A DNA stretch of 62,930 bases, filler included, from Choristocarpus tenellus KU-1152 (lineage: Eukaryota; Protista; Phaeophyceae): the NCBI GenBank assembly GCA_964200185.2. It is 6 parts of 6 records of this genome, joined end to end, with 100 filler letters (N's around TTAATTAATTAA, not from the genome) between each part and the next. Parts side by side here need not be neighbours in the genome. Positions count along the whole stretch, not along the records: positions 22,015 to 48,981 come from CAXNAD020000159.1; positions 49,082 to 59,522 come from CAXNAD020002929.1; 4 more parts are not named here. One strand, 5' to 3'. Shown piece by piece: positions 35,296-49,839 of this stretch. Position 1 is the stretch's first letter. Each line of letters opens with the position of its first letter. The notes beneath the pieces are model-generated. The model saw nothing but the letters and a program-made list of their open reading frames with translations, had not been told where the DNA came from and did not search any database. Position numbers and translations under genes: made by a program.

Positions 35296-38200
35296 CAGCA
35301 AATATGAAGGGATGATTAGTGTTGAAGAGTTGAGTTTAACACGTGGGTATGCGAGTCATGACATCAAGAAAAAAAAATGAACATGTAGAGGATTAAGTCG
35401 AGGAATCACTATTTCAGTACACAGTGCCCACAAGGGTTTGGTGGATTTGTTGATGCAAGATAAGGTTGCACAGTCGATGCGTAAGTCAAACGAAGAAATG
35501 ATGACACTCCCTGTTACCCTATCAGCAATCAATTCCAATTCCTAGCAACAAAATCTATTGTAGGCCTCACTTGATTCTACTGATTGACAGAACTGAAAGC
35601 ATGGGCCAAATGGGAACCTTGTTAGTCCTTAATAGTACTGATAGGAGAAGTTGTAGGATGTGCTCGGTCCAATACTGGGCAATACTTCTTCGGTAGAAAT
35701 GGAGGCAATTCTCAACCAATGGCATTGCTTCTAGGTGATGCATGCTGCACATTATACCTTTGCCTGATGCAGTCTTGTGTACAATTTTAAAGGTCCAACA
35801 ATGAAATGTTTTGTCGCCTTATTCAGGAACTCATAGACGTATCTACAACTGTATTGTGTTGCTCTCATCTTTGACCTGTGCTAGCATTCACCCAAACAAT
35901 CATAGGTGTCAGGCCAAAACAGGGGGCAACAACCCAACTTCCATATTATCAAGTACTCAACACAATCAAACAGGTGATCATCATCCCCTATCAAGACCCT
36001 TACCTTGCCGGATTTGCAGAAGGTGACCCTACCCCCCCCCAACCTCCTCACTGCAAGCTGTGCCTCCATCAGAATGGCCATGTTCTTGTGATTGACCTTG
36101 TCATGACACACGGCAGACTCCAGCTCACAGAGCATTGGGTGCATTCTTTGAGCAGGAGCTGACACTCCAGACATAGAGCGTAATTTTTGACCCACATCGT
36201 CAACCTCCTTGTCAGGGACTGAACATGCTAACCTTTGCCCCAACAGGTCCTGAGATGCCTCCCCTGAAACAGCATCATCCCCCATGGCATCAGCTGTAGG
36301 AGGACCACTCCCTTGGTTTCCTCCAGCATCTGGGGGGAACACTTTGTGGCAATAATCATTGAGCTTCTCCAGGTTCTTAACATTGATGTCAGCTTGAAAC
36401 GATGCCTTCTTATTGGATGGCCCCGATGCATTGGACATACTCTGCTGGATGTCAATTCCTTGAGTGAAAAGTACTGGGCAGATCAAAATCTTGCATCCAC
36501 CGACATCTCCAGAGCCAACCCCATGGTTGATGACAGATCCAAAACTAGAGCCCTCAGTCGTGTCAGAACTATTCCAGAGCACTCGTGGTAGCTTGACAAG
36601 GGAGGACCGCCCCAGGCGGAATTGAATTACGTGCCCCACTATACCCACCTCCAACTCAAACCTCCCATCACCACAATTGCTGCCCACGTCATGTGGCAGC
36701 TGATCTTGAGTTGTGATTGGGGGGTTATCTGGTGTTGCTGGCACGACCTGCTCAAGTTCAGATGGCCGGAGGTGGGGGATGGAGGGAGGGGGGCAAGACT
36801 CTTGACCAACATGAGAGTTAAGTATCCATGTCTAGCTGTAGTGACAAGAAAAGGTGCTTTCTAGACGATCAAGCCCATGTCCCACTTCTGAGACTGCGGC
36901 ACCAAATTCCAAAGTGTACTATCTTCAGGCTTATGAAGATTATGTTCAAGTACACTCCACAAGAACAAAAACACACAATACATCCTCAGTGTCGCGCTCC
37001 AGCACCTGCAGTGTGTACTTGGATACCATGTCGAGGGCAATTACAGTGTCTTCCACCATGCCGTGCTCCTTACCCTGGATACTAAGCAGGCCCTGCCAAT
37101 TTAGCAGTGTTGGGGATCTCAACAGTTAAGGTTACAAGCTGTTCTGAAGGACAAATACTACATCAGTTCTGCACGCCATAGGGGAAGTTGTGCAACAAAT
37201 TGCAGCACCCTGTGAACATATCAAGAAAGAGGAAAGGGTTAGGGTTGGCGTGGTGCCACTGCGATGATGATGATGGAATGAGAGGTAACAGGATGGATGT
37301 GCGACAAGGTGGTCTGGATAAAATCCACAAAAGCATGACAATGATAGGGTGCAGCAAAGGGCAGATTAAGAGAGATGCAGCCAACAACAGGTAAAGGATG
37401 TGGTACAAGGTACACAATGCAATACTCTAACCAACACTTGATAAATGCGAACACTAGGGTACATGTGACGTCCCACTCCCCTAGCTCCTCAAGTTAGAAT
37501 ACTTGACATATGCTATGTTATGCTGCCAGAAATTACATACACCTGCAATAATGTCAAGGACAATCATGCGAGCATGGTGGCATTGAAAATTTCAACCCAA
37601 AATCTGCCATGACAAGCTGCTTGTTCAATCACCTCAACAAAAAGCACACCATAACAACAGCATTGCGAGCATTTCCCCACACACTATTTCCAGCGTGGAT
37701 TTTCTTGGATCATGTTGTATTTCATGAGCAAAATTTTGTACACAACAGAATAGTTCTTGCTATTAATAGGATGAGCCAGTTGTTGACATTTGGTCAGCGG
37801 GGAACCAACAGCTGGTGTACATGGATGAAAAAGCAGTGTTTTACATCTTTGCAGGAAAAGGCAAACACACCTCCTTTCACCTCTTCTTCTTGCAACCCTA
37901 ACCCTAACCCTAACCCTAACTAACCCTAACCGTAACCCCTGCATATCTAGAATAACTCTAAAGGGAACGATAAACAACTCATGACTATTTTATTGCTCCA
38001 GTATTATTCTCAAGTTCAAACATCCATATATATATATACATATGTCTATGGGAGAGCTAAGGATACACCTCCACAGCCTCGGGGTTGGGGATAGGGTAGT
38101 CCCTACCTCAAATCCTATGAGGAAGCCATGCTTAATCCACCTTGAGGCCATTCCCTCAGCAGTGGAGCACCCCCCAGCCTCCAAGTTGAGTGTGCCCCTG

Positions 38201-41200
38201 ATCAGCAGCAATTCATAGGCAACAATTCAGGATTATTGAAAATGCCAAAGATCGTCCCAACAAAAAAAAATAGAGATATAGAACTCCAGTTGTGACTTGC
38301 TCATCACCTATTATTTACGGCACCAACACATAGATATATGGGAGCAACCTTTTGAAACATTTCTAAGATTAAAGGCGGGTGCCATCATCACCAACGTCAA
38401 GCCACTCGTCTCAAACTCCATCATCTAGTCATCTCTATCGCTTACAATAAACCATCTACAACCCTAGAGCCTTTGCTATACATTCTCTAGTCACAAGGAG
38501 TACATTGTACGATTTTATATAGGGTTAGGGCATCATTAAAAACTTGATTCAAACAAATCCATTAATTTCCTGCAAATGGAACTGTACATACTTCACAAGC
38601 ACACACACCAGATACTCACACTCACACTCACACCACCTCCTAAGTCTATGGAACCAGTGCATTACCCTTAACCCTAACCATTCGAAGACTGGTAGCAATC
38701 AAGATACATACATCAACCCCAGGCGTGAACTCTGTATCCCTGAAACAGAGCTCAAAATCCGAGTAAGAAATAAAAGAACTATTATGGAATATTCACCAAT
38801 TCCTGACTCTAAACCCCACCACGCTTGATGTAAATAGTGGAAATAAGTCAAAATAGAAAAAAAAAGGTGCGAGAGTATGGTGGTCTGGCCAATCACAGGG
38901 TGCGTGAGGATATACAGATTTAGCTTTCTGACAAAAGATTCACAGTGGATGACAAAAGCTTGAAATTGGAGAATATAGTGGTACATTTAATTTCTTGTCC
39001 CAAAATCATGTGGGTAGAGTTCGTAAAAAATATATGTATCTAGAGAGGATGATCAAGGGGTTCTCTTTATTTAGCACTTCCAAAAATCTCTCCATACATT
39101 GAAACACACAAAAGAAGTCCATACCAACAAGTCGGAACCTTTTCTCCACTAAACCACAAGAGGGGTTATGTATATATGTATGTATACATACATACATACA
39201 TACATACGTACATACATACATACATACATACATACATCTACTTGCCAGGGAATGCATTTGCACCACATATAAGACTATGCTACTTTCTCTAATGACGTTA
39301 CTATGCATGACATTTTGGAATCCACCTCAAGTCTTCACCTGGCCATCATCTCAAGCTTCACACAGAAGCTGGCAGCAGCAATGCTCACTGCCTGACTGCC
39401 CACACAGACACGCCTCATTGCAACCTCCACAAACAACAATTCGTACTCCAGCAACGCCTTCCTGAAAACATACACAATACAGAATATGCAGCAGATTCAG
39501 TAATATCATTTGAGCAACATCATTTGAATATAATACCACATTTGCAGCCAATGATAGTACACACACACACACACACAAATGGACAGAATCGCCAGTGGCA
39601 CTTTGATGTCACAATAAGAGGGAGGGAGTGGTGTGACAATAGAAAAAATTCAAAAAGAGAGGGATGCAGGTCAGAAAAGTACACACTCTCACTAAAGAAA
39701 AAGCTGACATGAAGAGCAACATGAGGGCAGTGTACTTTCCAGACATCTTGGCAGTTACACAAATAAGCAAGATGCCAACAAAGAAACATATCAAGGACAC
39801 CAGATACACTTACACAGACCCTGAGGTAAGGGGGAAAAAAAGTCAAGGGTTCACAACAGGCCGCCGCCAGGTCAACAGCAGACAGGGTTTCAAAACAACT
39901 AACTGGTAGTTGTTGCCGATTAGAGAGAATATTACAAGACAAGAGACCTACAATAAGAGGGAGAGTGTCAACATTAGCATCACCACCTCAACACCCAAGT
40001 GACTCTAGTACACAGTACATTTAACACTTGAAACCTGAAACCTCCTCACTCAAACTACTGCATCACCAACAAAGACATGCAAACCTGAGGGAGCACTTGT
40101 ACTCCTCCACCTCTTGCAGCTTGCTCAGCTTGAGAAGTACCTTCTTTGTGTGTACCTCATTGTGTCTCTCTCCAGTGTGCACGCTCTCTGCTGTTGCCCT
40201 CTTGTACCTCTCATGGCAGGCAAGAAGACGCTCCTTGGACAGTGCCAATGCATTCTATTCAGGAAACATAAAGAGTCACAAATTATGTAGTCAATGCTGA
40301 GAAAAACTACCACCTAAAGAACCGGTTGACCTATTTCTGTACTATACACTGCAGTGCTCACTTCTTCACACAAACCATTCAAACTAATGTACCCTAACCC
40401 TGAACTGAACTGAAAAAAATAAAAAATAAGCATCTCTGTACAGAGCACTACGCTGCACCCAAAGAACTACATTGTAAAAATCCCGTTGTGTGTAGAGGAC
40501 ATGCCAAAGAATGCACCAGGTGTATAACCTCTTTCCCCTACATGCGAGCAAGGGGTAGATGGTAAACAAGGTAAGTTAGGTATGTTCCACCTCTTAGACC
40601 ATGGGTTTGCATTGTTACCTGTGCTTCCAATTGACATGCTACAACCACAGATAGAGACATTCAGCAAAAGCTGTCCTCAATCTGGCATTCCTCCGCCTTA
40701 AGTTCAGAGGGCAGCTGTACCAATATGCGATCAATCAAAAAAGGAGATGTACCCTATGGTAGGCTGGCATGTCCACAATAGAGTATTGTCTAAATTAAAC
40801 AAAAGAGGACACAGAGCACATACATATTGGTATTCCGCAAAATCCATGGAAGTATCACTTCCAACTTTCTCAGAGTATACCCACCAATATTTAGGCAGAT
40901 AAATGTAATCAAGAACAAGTCAAGAGCACAGAACAAGCACAAGCACAATGTGTATGTGAATTAACAATTTCAACAAGAAAAACACAAACACTACTTACAA
41001 ATGATTAACTCAAGAAAAGGAAGTATGCCATAAATAGTGTGTGCCATGATGTATAATAGAACCATATTTGTAATATAGAACCATGATGCATAACAGTACC
41101 ATATTTGTAATATAGAACCATGATGCATACCAGTACCATATTGGTATAATAGAACCATGATGTACAATGTACCATGGTAAATAATAGGACCATGACGTAT

Positions 41201-44200
41201 AATGTACCATGATAAATAATAGAACCATGATGTATAATGTACCATGATAAATAATAGAACCATGATGTATAATAGTATCAACTCCCAATGACTCTTAGTC
41301 AGTACACAAACATAGGAATAGCACAACTGTGGAAGAGACTGCAAGCAGCAAGCGTTACCTCTTTAGATACCAGACCTCCTCCTGTGTATCCTCCCATGTG
41401 AGCTGCTGGAGCACCTGTGGAGGTGAAATCATAGTGTGTATCCTTCCCAGACAATGGATCACGGACACTCAACACCTTTTCATGCAGGTCATGTCAATAT
41501 GGAAGTCCACAAGGGTGGTGATAGTTGCAGTAAGAAGGGTAGGGAGAGGCCAGCAACACCCTAATCCTTAGGTAAATCAAGCATGAGACTGACTTCAGGG
41601 TGGGTACTGGGCTGACGAGATAAAGGATATGTAACACATGGACCCATTTATCAAAAGAACTAAATGAAGTTCTTAGTTCAATCATTATTACTAATACAAC
41701 AGGGTTAGATTGGTCAAGGCCGCCTTCATTTTCAACAACTTGACATAGGTAAGCATTCTTCAGGCACATGAATGAGTTGAGGACAACTGGCATCATCACC
41801 ACTTGAGGAGCATGTCTACCTAACATCTACCACAAGCAGACTTAAATAAGGAGTCTTCTTTATCTGGTGGACACTCAGCACAGTAACAAACCAACTCTTA
41901 AGAGTCATATTCTTCATTGTTACAGTTCACCACAAACATCACCAAGAAACAATGATAAAGTCCCTTCAAACACTACCCACAGCATCAGCTCACCACTGTT
42001 TTCGATAATGTTCTGCCATCAAGATGAGGGAAATCCCCCCCCTCCCCCCCCAGCTAGCTGATCACTACAAGAAAAACAGCTAAGACAACATCAATTCAAA
42101 CCATTTGCTACCTACACAGCTGCCTAATTTGGTTGTGGTCAGCAAGTAACCAAGTACTCAAATAATCAAGTAGTCAAGCCATGCATCATGCAGCAGAAGA
42201 CAAACTCCAAGGGATAGGGTTAGGGTTAAGGTTACATCTGCAGGCACATACTTCAGTCTAGGGTTAGGGATACAGGAACAAACCTGGAGATGCAAATTGG
42301 TGGCAACGAACTGAAGGAGAGGATCCTTCTTCAACATGCTTGAACGAAAGTTGAGTCCTTCTGCCGTCTTCATCTTCCCGCAGTACATATCTACCACCTT
42401 GGCCACCTTCTCCATGTGTAAGCACACCACCTCCGTATGTCTGTTCATCCATTCCAATGGATACTCCACCTTTTTCGGTCAACATACACACAAATACCCA
42501 TACAAATACCCATACAAATACAAATATATATATATATGTATATATATTGAGGAAAGGGGTACAGCTGAGATGGTCCAAGCCACTCCTTACAAAGCAATGC
42601 CAAAGCACTTCATGGACTCAAAACTTGATAGCAAGGTTGGTGTTTTCGCCTTTAGAGCACAAGCAGAGCACCACTAGAGCAAATCCCATTCAGAAATTGA
42701 GAAGAAAAAAAAACTTGAATAAGGGTTAGGGTTAATAAGGACAGGGTTAATTCCAGTATAGTACAGTTCACTCCTAAAACGCACCAACAGGTCACCCCTT
42801 TTTTTATCTTCATATTTTCAGCTTGGAGTTGGGGATATATAGACGTTAGAACTACATGGATTCCTCTAGTTCACTACGGCAGTGAGCCTAACCTGAACAT
42901 CTAGTCAACTATTGAGGGTTCTGTATATTCTCTACCCTCACACAGGCGGAAGCGGTCACATAAACAACCTACGACAAAAACACAGTCACACATACCAGAA
43001 AACTCTAGCCCTAACTCCAACCTTGACACCTGTTCCTAAAGACTTGAAACTTTTTAACCTAATCTGTTGACTTTGATAAACCTGTAGGCCAAGTGTTCTT
43101 ACTGCACAGCCTCTATGTACACAACTACATCAACAAGTTCGCAATTACAAGTGGAGAAAAAAGATAGTGAACTGTTGGATGAACTGTTGGACCAGTGCAG
43201 ACTCCAAATACGACCAAAATCAGCACACTAGAAGGTATTGACAAAAAAAGGTACTGACACATACCTACCGCACAAAGCAGAGCATGTGGGTGTGAGCCTG
43301 AGGAGGGCATGTAACACAAGATAATGATCCTGCGGTATACTTTGAAACTATACCCTCCACCACACCCTTACACTAACCTCCCGTGGTATAAAGTTTCCTG
43401 GATTACACTGCTGAATTGTTACAAGACAATATTCATGCCACACAACCTGCTGGATGTATCTGTAGGAATCTATGTATAAATGTTCTACTGAGTATATGTG
43501 TTATGTGTGTGTGTGTGTGCATGCATGCTCAGCAATGAAATAGACTCCAAAACGAACCATCTCACCTCTTTGATAAGAGTTGCCATATAGTTCATGTCTA
43601 CAGAATTCATGCCTGCTCCCCCCCCAATGCTCTCAATCCAGTCATAACACGACTGGACTGTGACATCCTTCACAGCTTGCAAGTCCATTGTGGACAAGAC
43701 CTAGTTTCAGACAACAAGGCATGCCATCTTTTAGAAAAAAAAAAAAAAATCATGGGCATTAGGGGTAAACATGGGAAGGTACAGGGCAAGATAGTCTACT
43801 CCACCGTAAACCATAGAACGAAAAAAAAAACGAACAGCATTCAGCACATGTGATCCCAGGAATATTGATAGTGAATGCGAGTACATGTACTATGGTGGCA
43901 CACACGCCTTCAAGGATGGGCAGAATCACTTACACATCAACATCACATGGTAGGCCTCTGTGACAAGTGGCAAGCACACAACCACCAAAGTACCTGGTAA
44001 TACAGAGTATGCCACACTACTCCAGGAGAGTACCTGGTCAGTACATTTGCACTGTGCACCATTTTTATGATAGTACCACTCAACTAGTACTGGAGAGCAA
44101 ATGTTACTGTGGTCCATGCAGCACAGAATAAAATGTTCAGTTACATCCGGCTCATTATCTCACAAATCGAAAGATGAAGATGGACCTTGTCCAAAGCCTC

Positions 44201-47200
44201 ATGAACAGCACTTCAAATAAAGAAGAAAATAAATAAATAGACCATAGGAAGCAACAGACTGTGGGGCATACCAGTTCCAAATATTCTCAAAATTAAGTCA
44301 TACTGATCCAAATTGATGCCTTCCACTCCGCCTTGCCAACATACTTGAATCAATATTTATTACTATAACATTTCTCTCCAGGCAGAAATCTGCATGTGAG
44401 AGTAGGCTACTGTCAATACTTTGCTCAGCACAAGCCATCACTAACAAATAGGACAATAAGGGTGATACTGTACAACACAAAGCACACACCACAAGCTCTA
44501 GAGCACCTAGTGGGTGGCTACAGGTAGCTACAGACTAACCCTGAGCTATACTACCCTACGATGTAGTAAGTGCATGTTCTATACTATACAATACTAATTG
44601 CATCCCTCCATGTGCCAAACTCGTCCTGAAGACTACTGATGTTGAGCATATGAACCGAAGAACTGTTCTTATGCTCAAATCATCCATACCAGACAGACTT
44701 AGAAATATCCAGACTAATAAAAAAGAGGGTATTCCAGTACAAGGAGTTTGACCATTGGAATATCTTAGCTGGGTCAGTCAATAATCTGCACTACTTATCT
44801 CATTCAGCTACAGCTCATCAAGGCTCAGACGTCCCACATTTTAAGAAAACTTTCAACATCCAAGAATTGATCAAGAACAGTGACAATGAATCAAGTCATT
44901 TGGATGAGGGTTGGGGGTTCATTATTGTATCTCTATCTGAATTCAATAATACAGTCTAAAGCAAAAGAGATTTCTGTTTCTAGATCAGTGCTGGAAAAGA
45001 AAAACTATGTTTATCTAGGACGCCACCTTATCTTGGTCTTTCCGGGAAAAATATCTTACCGATAAATATAATAGAGTTTCACAAAGAATCACAGCTACAA
45101 GTCACTTGAAAATTGCTTTTTGACTGAAGTTCTAATGCTCCTCACATTTGGCAACAAAAAGGTGAAGAGCGCTGCTACAACTAATACATAACAAGATTAT
45201 AAAACAGCAATCATCACGCCATTTTTTTATTAGTTGCACCTTCAGCAATAGAGCTGTAGTTCTATACCATAAACTATTTAAAGATCAGAATAGGTACAAA
45301 TATTTTCTCAAATAAATGTATGCATACATACATACTTGTTTCAGGGACAGAGTGCACAAATATTCAATCCTTGAGTACCCCACAACAAAACACCCCATTA
45401 CGTTTCTGTTCAAAAAATGCTATATTACTTTGGGTGGATCGGGATAGGTGTCAGTCAGGAAGGGAACCAGGGCTGCAGCCGGGCTAAGCACTGACAATTT
45501 CTCAAGTCAAGGGCAAGACAACAAGAGTGCACACAAGGATCTTCCTCACCACTTCCAAGGTGTCTCTGACCTCACCATCAGAAGGCTAGGGTGTAAGTAT
45601 GATCAATCGATCACTACACATCAACAACACTTGCCACCCACAATGTCCTCTTGTCAATCTACACAACTAGGGGTTAGGATTCACATCAAATTATTAACCA
45701 TCTATATATATACACACAATCTCTCTACACCACCTCCTTCACCCACCTGATCCAACAATTGGAGGCTACGGGCAGGTCACAAAAAATATTATTTCAAATC
45801 AGTTTTGGTAATTGGGCAACAATCAACAACCGATCAAAATAACCTCCCAAGACGTCTCTCACTCAAGAGAAATAAGCAAACACTTGTCTAGCTTCCCATG
45901 ATATGATGTTTCCTGCATATAGGGACAAAATACCTGTAAAACATCCTCCTTTCAAAACACCTTGTCAGATCAAACTATAAATACAGGTTCAAAATGGTGT
46001 CAACACCAATACCGTTGAAGCATCAACTTTGCAGAAGTGCTTACCTTCCCTTCACCCGGAATGGGGTCCCAACCCTTTGGACCACCTTCCAAGTGAGTAC
46101 TATACTTGAAATCTGACCCCTTGATAGGATTCATTACAGAAGAAGAAGCTCCAGCACCAGGAGAGACATATTTCACATCACCAACATCAGCGGCATCGCC
46201 TATCACTGAAGATGACAGCAATGCCTCATCATCAGAGTCGCTTTCATCCGCCTCTTTGATGAAACTCCCCTGAACCTTCCCCTCTTCCCCTGCACTCCCT
46301 CTAGCCGAGGCCTCCCACTGAACCACCTCACCCCTCTCCTCATCCTTGCTCATGAAAAAGTTGTTAGGCAGTACACTGCGAAGACCAAAGCTTCCATCCC
46401 CATCAGACCTCAACCGCCCCAATACCCCTCCACCTCCCCCAGCACCACTCTTCACATTGTTAGGTTCTGAAACTGGCCTACCTGTGCCCTCAGGGATTTC
46501 CTGTGAAGGAGGGGGGCTTGCTGACATGTTCGGCAGCTGCAAGGAGGATGAAGGTGGAGAGTGAGTGAGAGATGCTCTGTGAGGTTAACACACAGTGGGC
46601 TTTTTGTGCCTGAGACAGGTCCTGCTATACATTGTTACTAGTTCATGGTGGATTTGATAATTTTGGGGACGAAAACATGAAATCATTGAAATCTTTGGGG
46701 TCTAGTGTATATATAAGAAGGATTAGATAAGGGGAGGGGGTCACGGTGTGGAGAAAGGCTTGATGGTCAAAAGGTAGTTTCCATTTGAACGCCTTACAGC
46801 CTTGAGGAAAACATTAAGAGAAATAGAATTGTTGATTAAAACATCGGTAGGTAGGTAGGAGCACTTGCCCAGACAAGATTGAAGTTTTGGTCACATCCAG
46901 TAGGGCTAGTAACAAATCTTCATATCAGCATCAACTTAACAGATGCATCTAACCCTAACACTATCCCCTAACTCCAAGTCAAAGTACATCATATGAAGTA
47001 AAACATTGTCCTAACATTAACTGTAACAATATAAGTCAATACATTTCAACACATAAGGTTTAATCCCCCACTCAATGACCCACATCTTGTATGGCCAGCC
47101 GAACCAGTAGCTCTGGCTGCTGCTCCCCCTCCCCTCCTCCCCCCTGTGCTTCCTCCGGTATTCCCTCAAGTTGGAACCAGCGAGGACCAATACCCTCTTC

Positions 47201-48951
47201 TTGCCCCCCTTCCCTCAAGGCCTGAGCCAGGGGAAGGATGAGGCATCCCACAGGGTAGTCTGATATGCCCGAGGAAAGCGAGTACATGTTCTGAGGCGAC
47301 AAAATGAAAACATGGGCAATATATTATTATTTTTAATACTATTACTATTACTACTACTATTACTAATACCATCATGATTATTACTACTTACTTACACTAC
47401 TATTACTACCAATACCATTATTTCTACTACTACTACTATTATCATTGTCATTATTATTACCAATATCATGAGAGTTCCTTCACAGTTAGGATTAGGGCTA
47501 TTAATAGGTTCGGATTCAGGAGAGTGAAGGGTTTATTTTAGATCTAGTCAGGGTGTGTATACAAATTTGCCTCTATGTAACTTGTTGCATATCACATTTA
47601 GGGCCCAGGCAAGGTATACAACATCAGTACACAATCCTTGATGGTGTGGAAAGAGTGCTGCTAACATTAACAATTACTATTACCTTAACTCTAATGCATT
47701 GAAATGGTGACCATAGTATCTTCAAACGTCAAGTAGCATATCATGCAATAATACCTCAAGAGTAAGAGCACAGTCAATTTAAACATTCATGATATGACTG
47801 CACTTCATATTTTAAATATACAACAGCACAGCTGTCTCTTTGCAATAAATAATTTCACACAATCAATTATTGACACTCAATTTAAAGTTTATGACAGCCT
47901 GAAGACAAGACAAACTCAACCTTAACCCTAACCCTAACCTGCACTTGTTCTGAATAATATATATATACATTCATATCGGATGTAAGTATGGGTAAATTTT
48001 GTTCAGCCTGCTCTGTGCACAATCTGCACTCAAATGAATTAGGGTTAGGGACACTTGCACACAACATGTTGAAGGTAAAGTAGTTCAAATTTGTACTCCA
48101 AAGGTTAGGCTAGGGTTAGGGATAACATCTAAAAAAAATCTTCAACATAGCAGAGCTCTGGAGGCAACAGTGCAGGCCACATGAGGGACTCAAGTAGGGT
48201 CATTGGGTTAATCTGTAGTTCATAGGATCACAATTGACCAATAAGACTCAATAAAAAGAAGTGTGTATCAAGGTCTAAATCAAGGTATTGGGTTAGCATG
48301 AGAACACCCTGGTCATAGGCAGTGCCCCAAATTCATCCATCCAATGTTCTCCAATTAATCATATGCATGACTGGCTTTGCTCTCATCATCACCATTCGAG
48401 AAAATTTTCTTTCAAAAGCTTGCTTGGGTGAGGAAAATTCAGCACTCTAAGCCTAACTCGATATCCTCTGCTTTGTACTAAGGTATCTACTCATTCAGTC
48501 TGACCACGCTACCTATCAGTCATACTTTTTTTTCAGGGGTTACTAAGTTGACACCCCTTATTCCCCCACCAACAGCAGTACCTTGGATCCCCTGGTCATA
48601 ATCACAATCACAGGCAAGTGTCAAAACATCAAGATGAGGATAATCTCAAAGCAACAATCTGGTTAGATGCCACTGTCAATCTCACAACTACAACAAATAT
48701 CTGTCAAAGGGTCAAAGTTAGGTTCAATGGGTTAATCTTGAAAATCACTCTACCTGGTAGAGGTACAAGTGTAGCTCCCCATTAGCAACATCTTTCTGAG
48801 AGAAATAAAAGCAGAAAGACAGCACAGAACCCTCCTCCAATCCTTCCTTTGGCCGGCCCTCCCCACTGACAGCCACAGACCTACTCCCCAGCATTTCCAA
48901 CTCATGGTTATCCATGAGCACTGTCTTTTCAAGCCTACATGATCCTGCCAC
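34883..48951 (-). CDS. INPP4: Inositol polyphosphate 4-phosphatase (INPP4-type), 5'-partial; exons include ~48951-48754, ~47260-47080, 46536-46045, 43700-43566, 42469-42284, 41475-41359, 40254-40085, 39461-39339, 38197-38107, 37092-37006, 36747-36004, 35257-34883
   Basis: Catalytic CX5R 'CKSGK|DRTAMSVTLE' split by the last intron; FRSS..K...LQFVATNLHLQ, TGAPAAHMGG, RRVCVGSQA, FEGLLSIQGKEHGMVED; possible extra exons at 43700-46045 not resolved. Confidence 0.92.
41045..41275. repeat. Degenerate ~35-bp minisatellite (ATAGAACCATGATGTATAATGTACCATGATAAATA-like)
   Basis: About 6 imperfect tandem units in an INPP4 intron. Confidence 0.85.
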
Positions 48952-48981
48952 CTGTATAGGTATTTGTTGCGTGAGGGGGGG

Positions 48982-49081
48982 NNNNNNNNNNNNNNNNNNN
49001 NNNNNNNNNNNNNNNNNNNNNNNNNTTAATTAATTAANNNNNNNNNNNNNNNNNNNNNNNNNNNNNNNNNNNNNNNNNNNN
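48982..49081. other. Artificial contig linker
   Basis: 44 N + TTAATTAATTAA + 44 N. Confidence 0.98.
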
Positions 49082-49839
49082 GGGAAGAGCATCGTCCCCA
49101 GAGGCTGTTTCCCTACCACCCCCACGCCAGACATGGGGGGAGTGGCTCCTTCGACGTCCACCTGCTTTGACAGGTTTGCCTTTTTTCAAAAGAAAGTGTG
49201 ATGTTATGGTGTGATTTTTATTTTTCAGTTGTGTTTTTTGTCGTGTGCCATTTTTTTAATTTTTCCATGTGTGTATATTAGGCTCTGGGTGTTGATTTTT
49301 TTTTGTTTGTTCTCTATGATGTCATCTGTGTTGTGTACTGTGTTGCATCTTTTGTTCTTTGTTGTGTTATTTGTTGCGTTGTTTTTGGTTGGGTTCTGTG
49401 CTATATGCTGTGTATCATTTGCTGTGTGATGTTCTTTTTGTTGCTGTGTGTTAGGCTTGTTTTGGGTTATATATATGTGTGTGTGTGTGTGTCTGCAGGT
49501 TTGATGAGTCTCTGTCAATGATGTAAACTGTAGTCAAGGGTTAGGGCCCATGATTTGTGTCTTTGAAAAGGTGTCTGTAAACCTATTGGGGTGTGTTCTC
49601 TTTTCCCTATCTGTTGTATCCCTGAGATTTGGGATACACAGCATCCACATGTACAAAAACATTTCTCCATACACAATCATCCCCCCTTACCCCCCCCCCC
49701 CCCCTCCCCCCTCCCCTACATTATCATGTGTGTTGTATAATATCACATTGTAATATGTCATCGTAATTACTGTAACATAATGTTTTTTACAATCGATTGC
49801 AATATTTTCAATAATTATTTGGAGGGGTGGGGGGCAGAG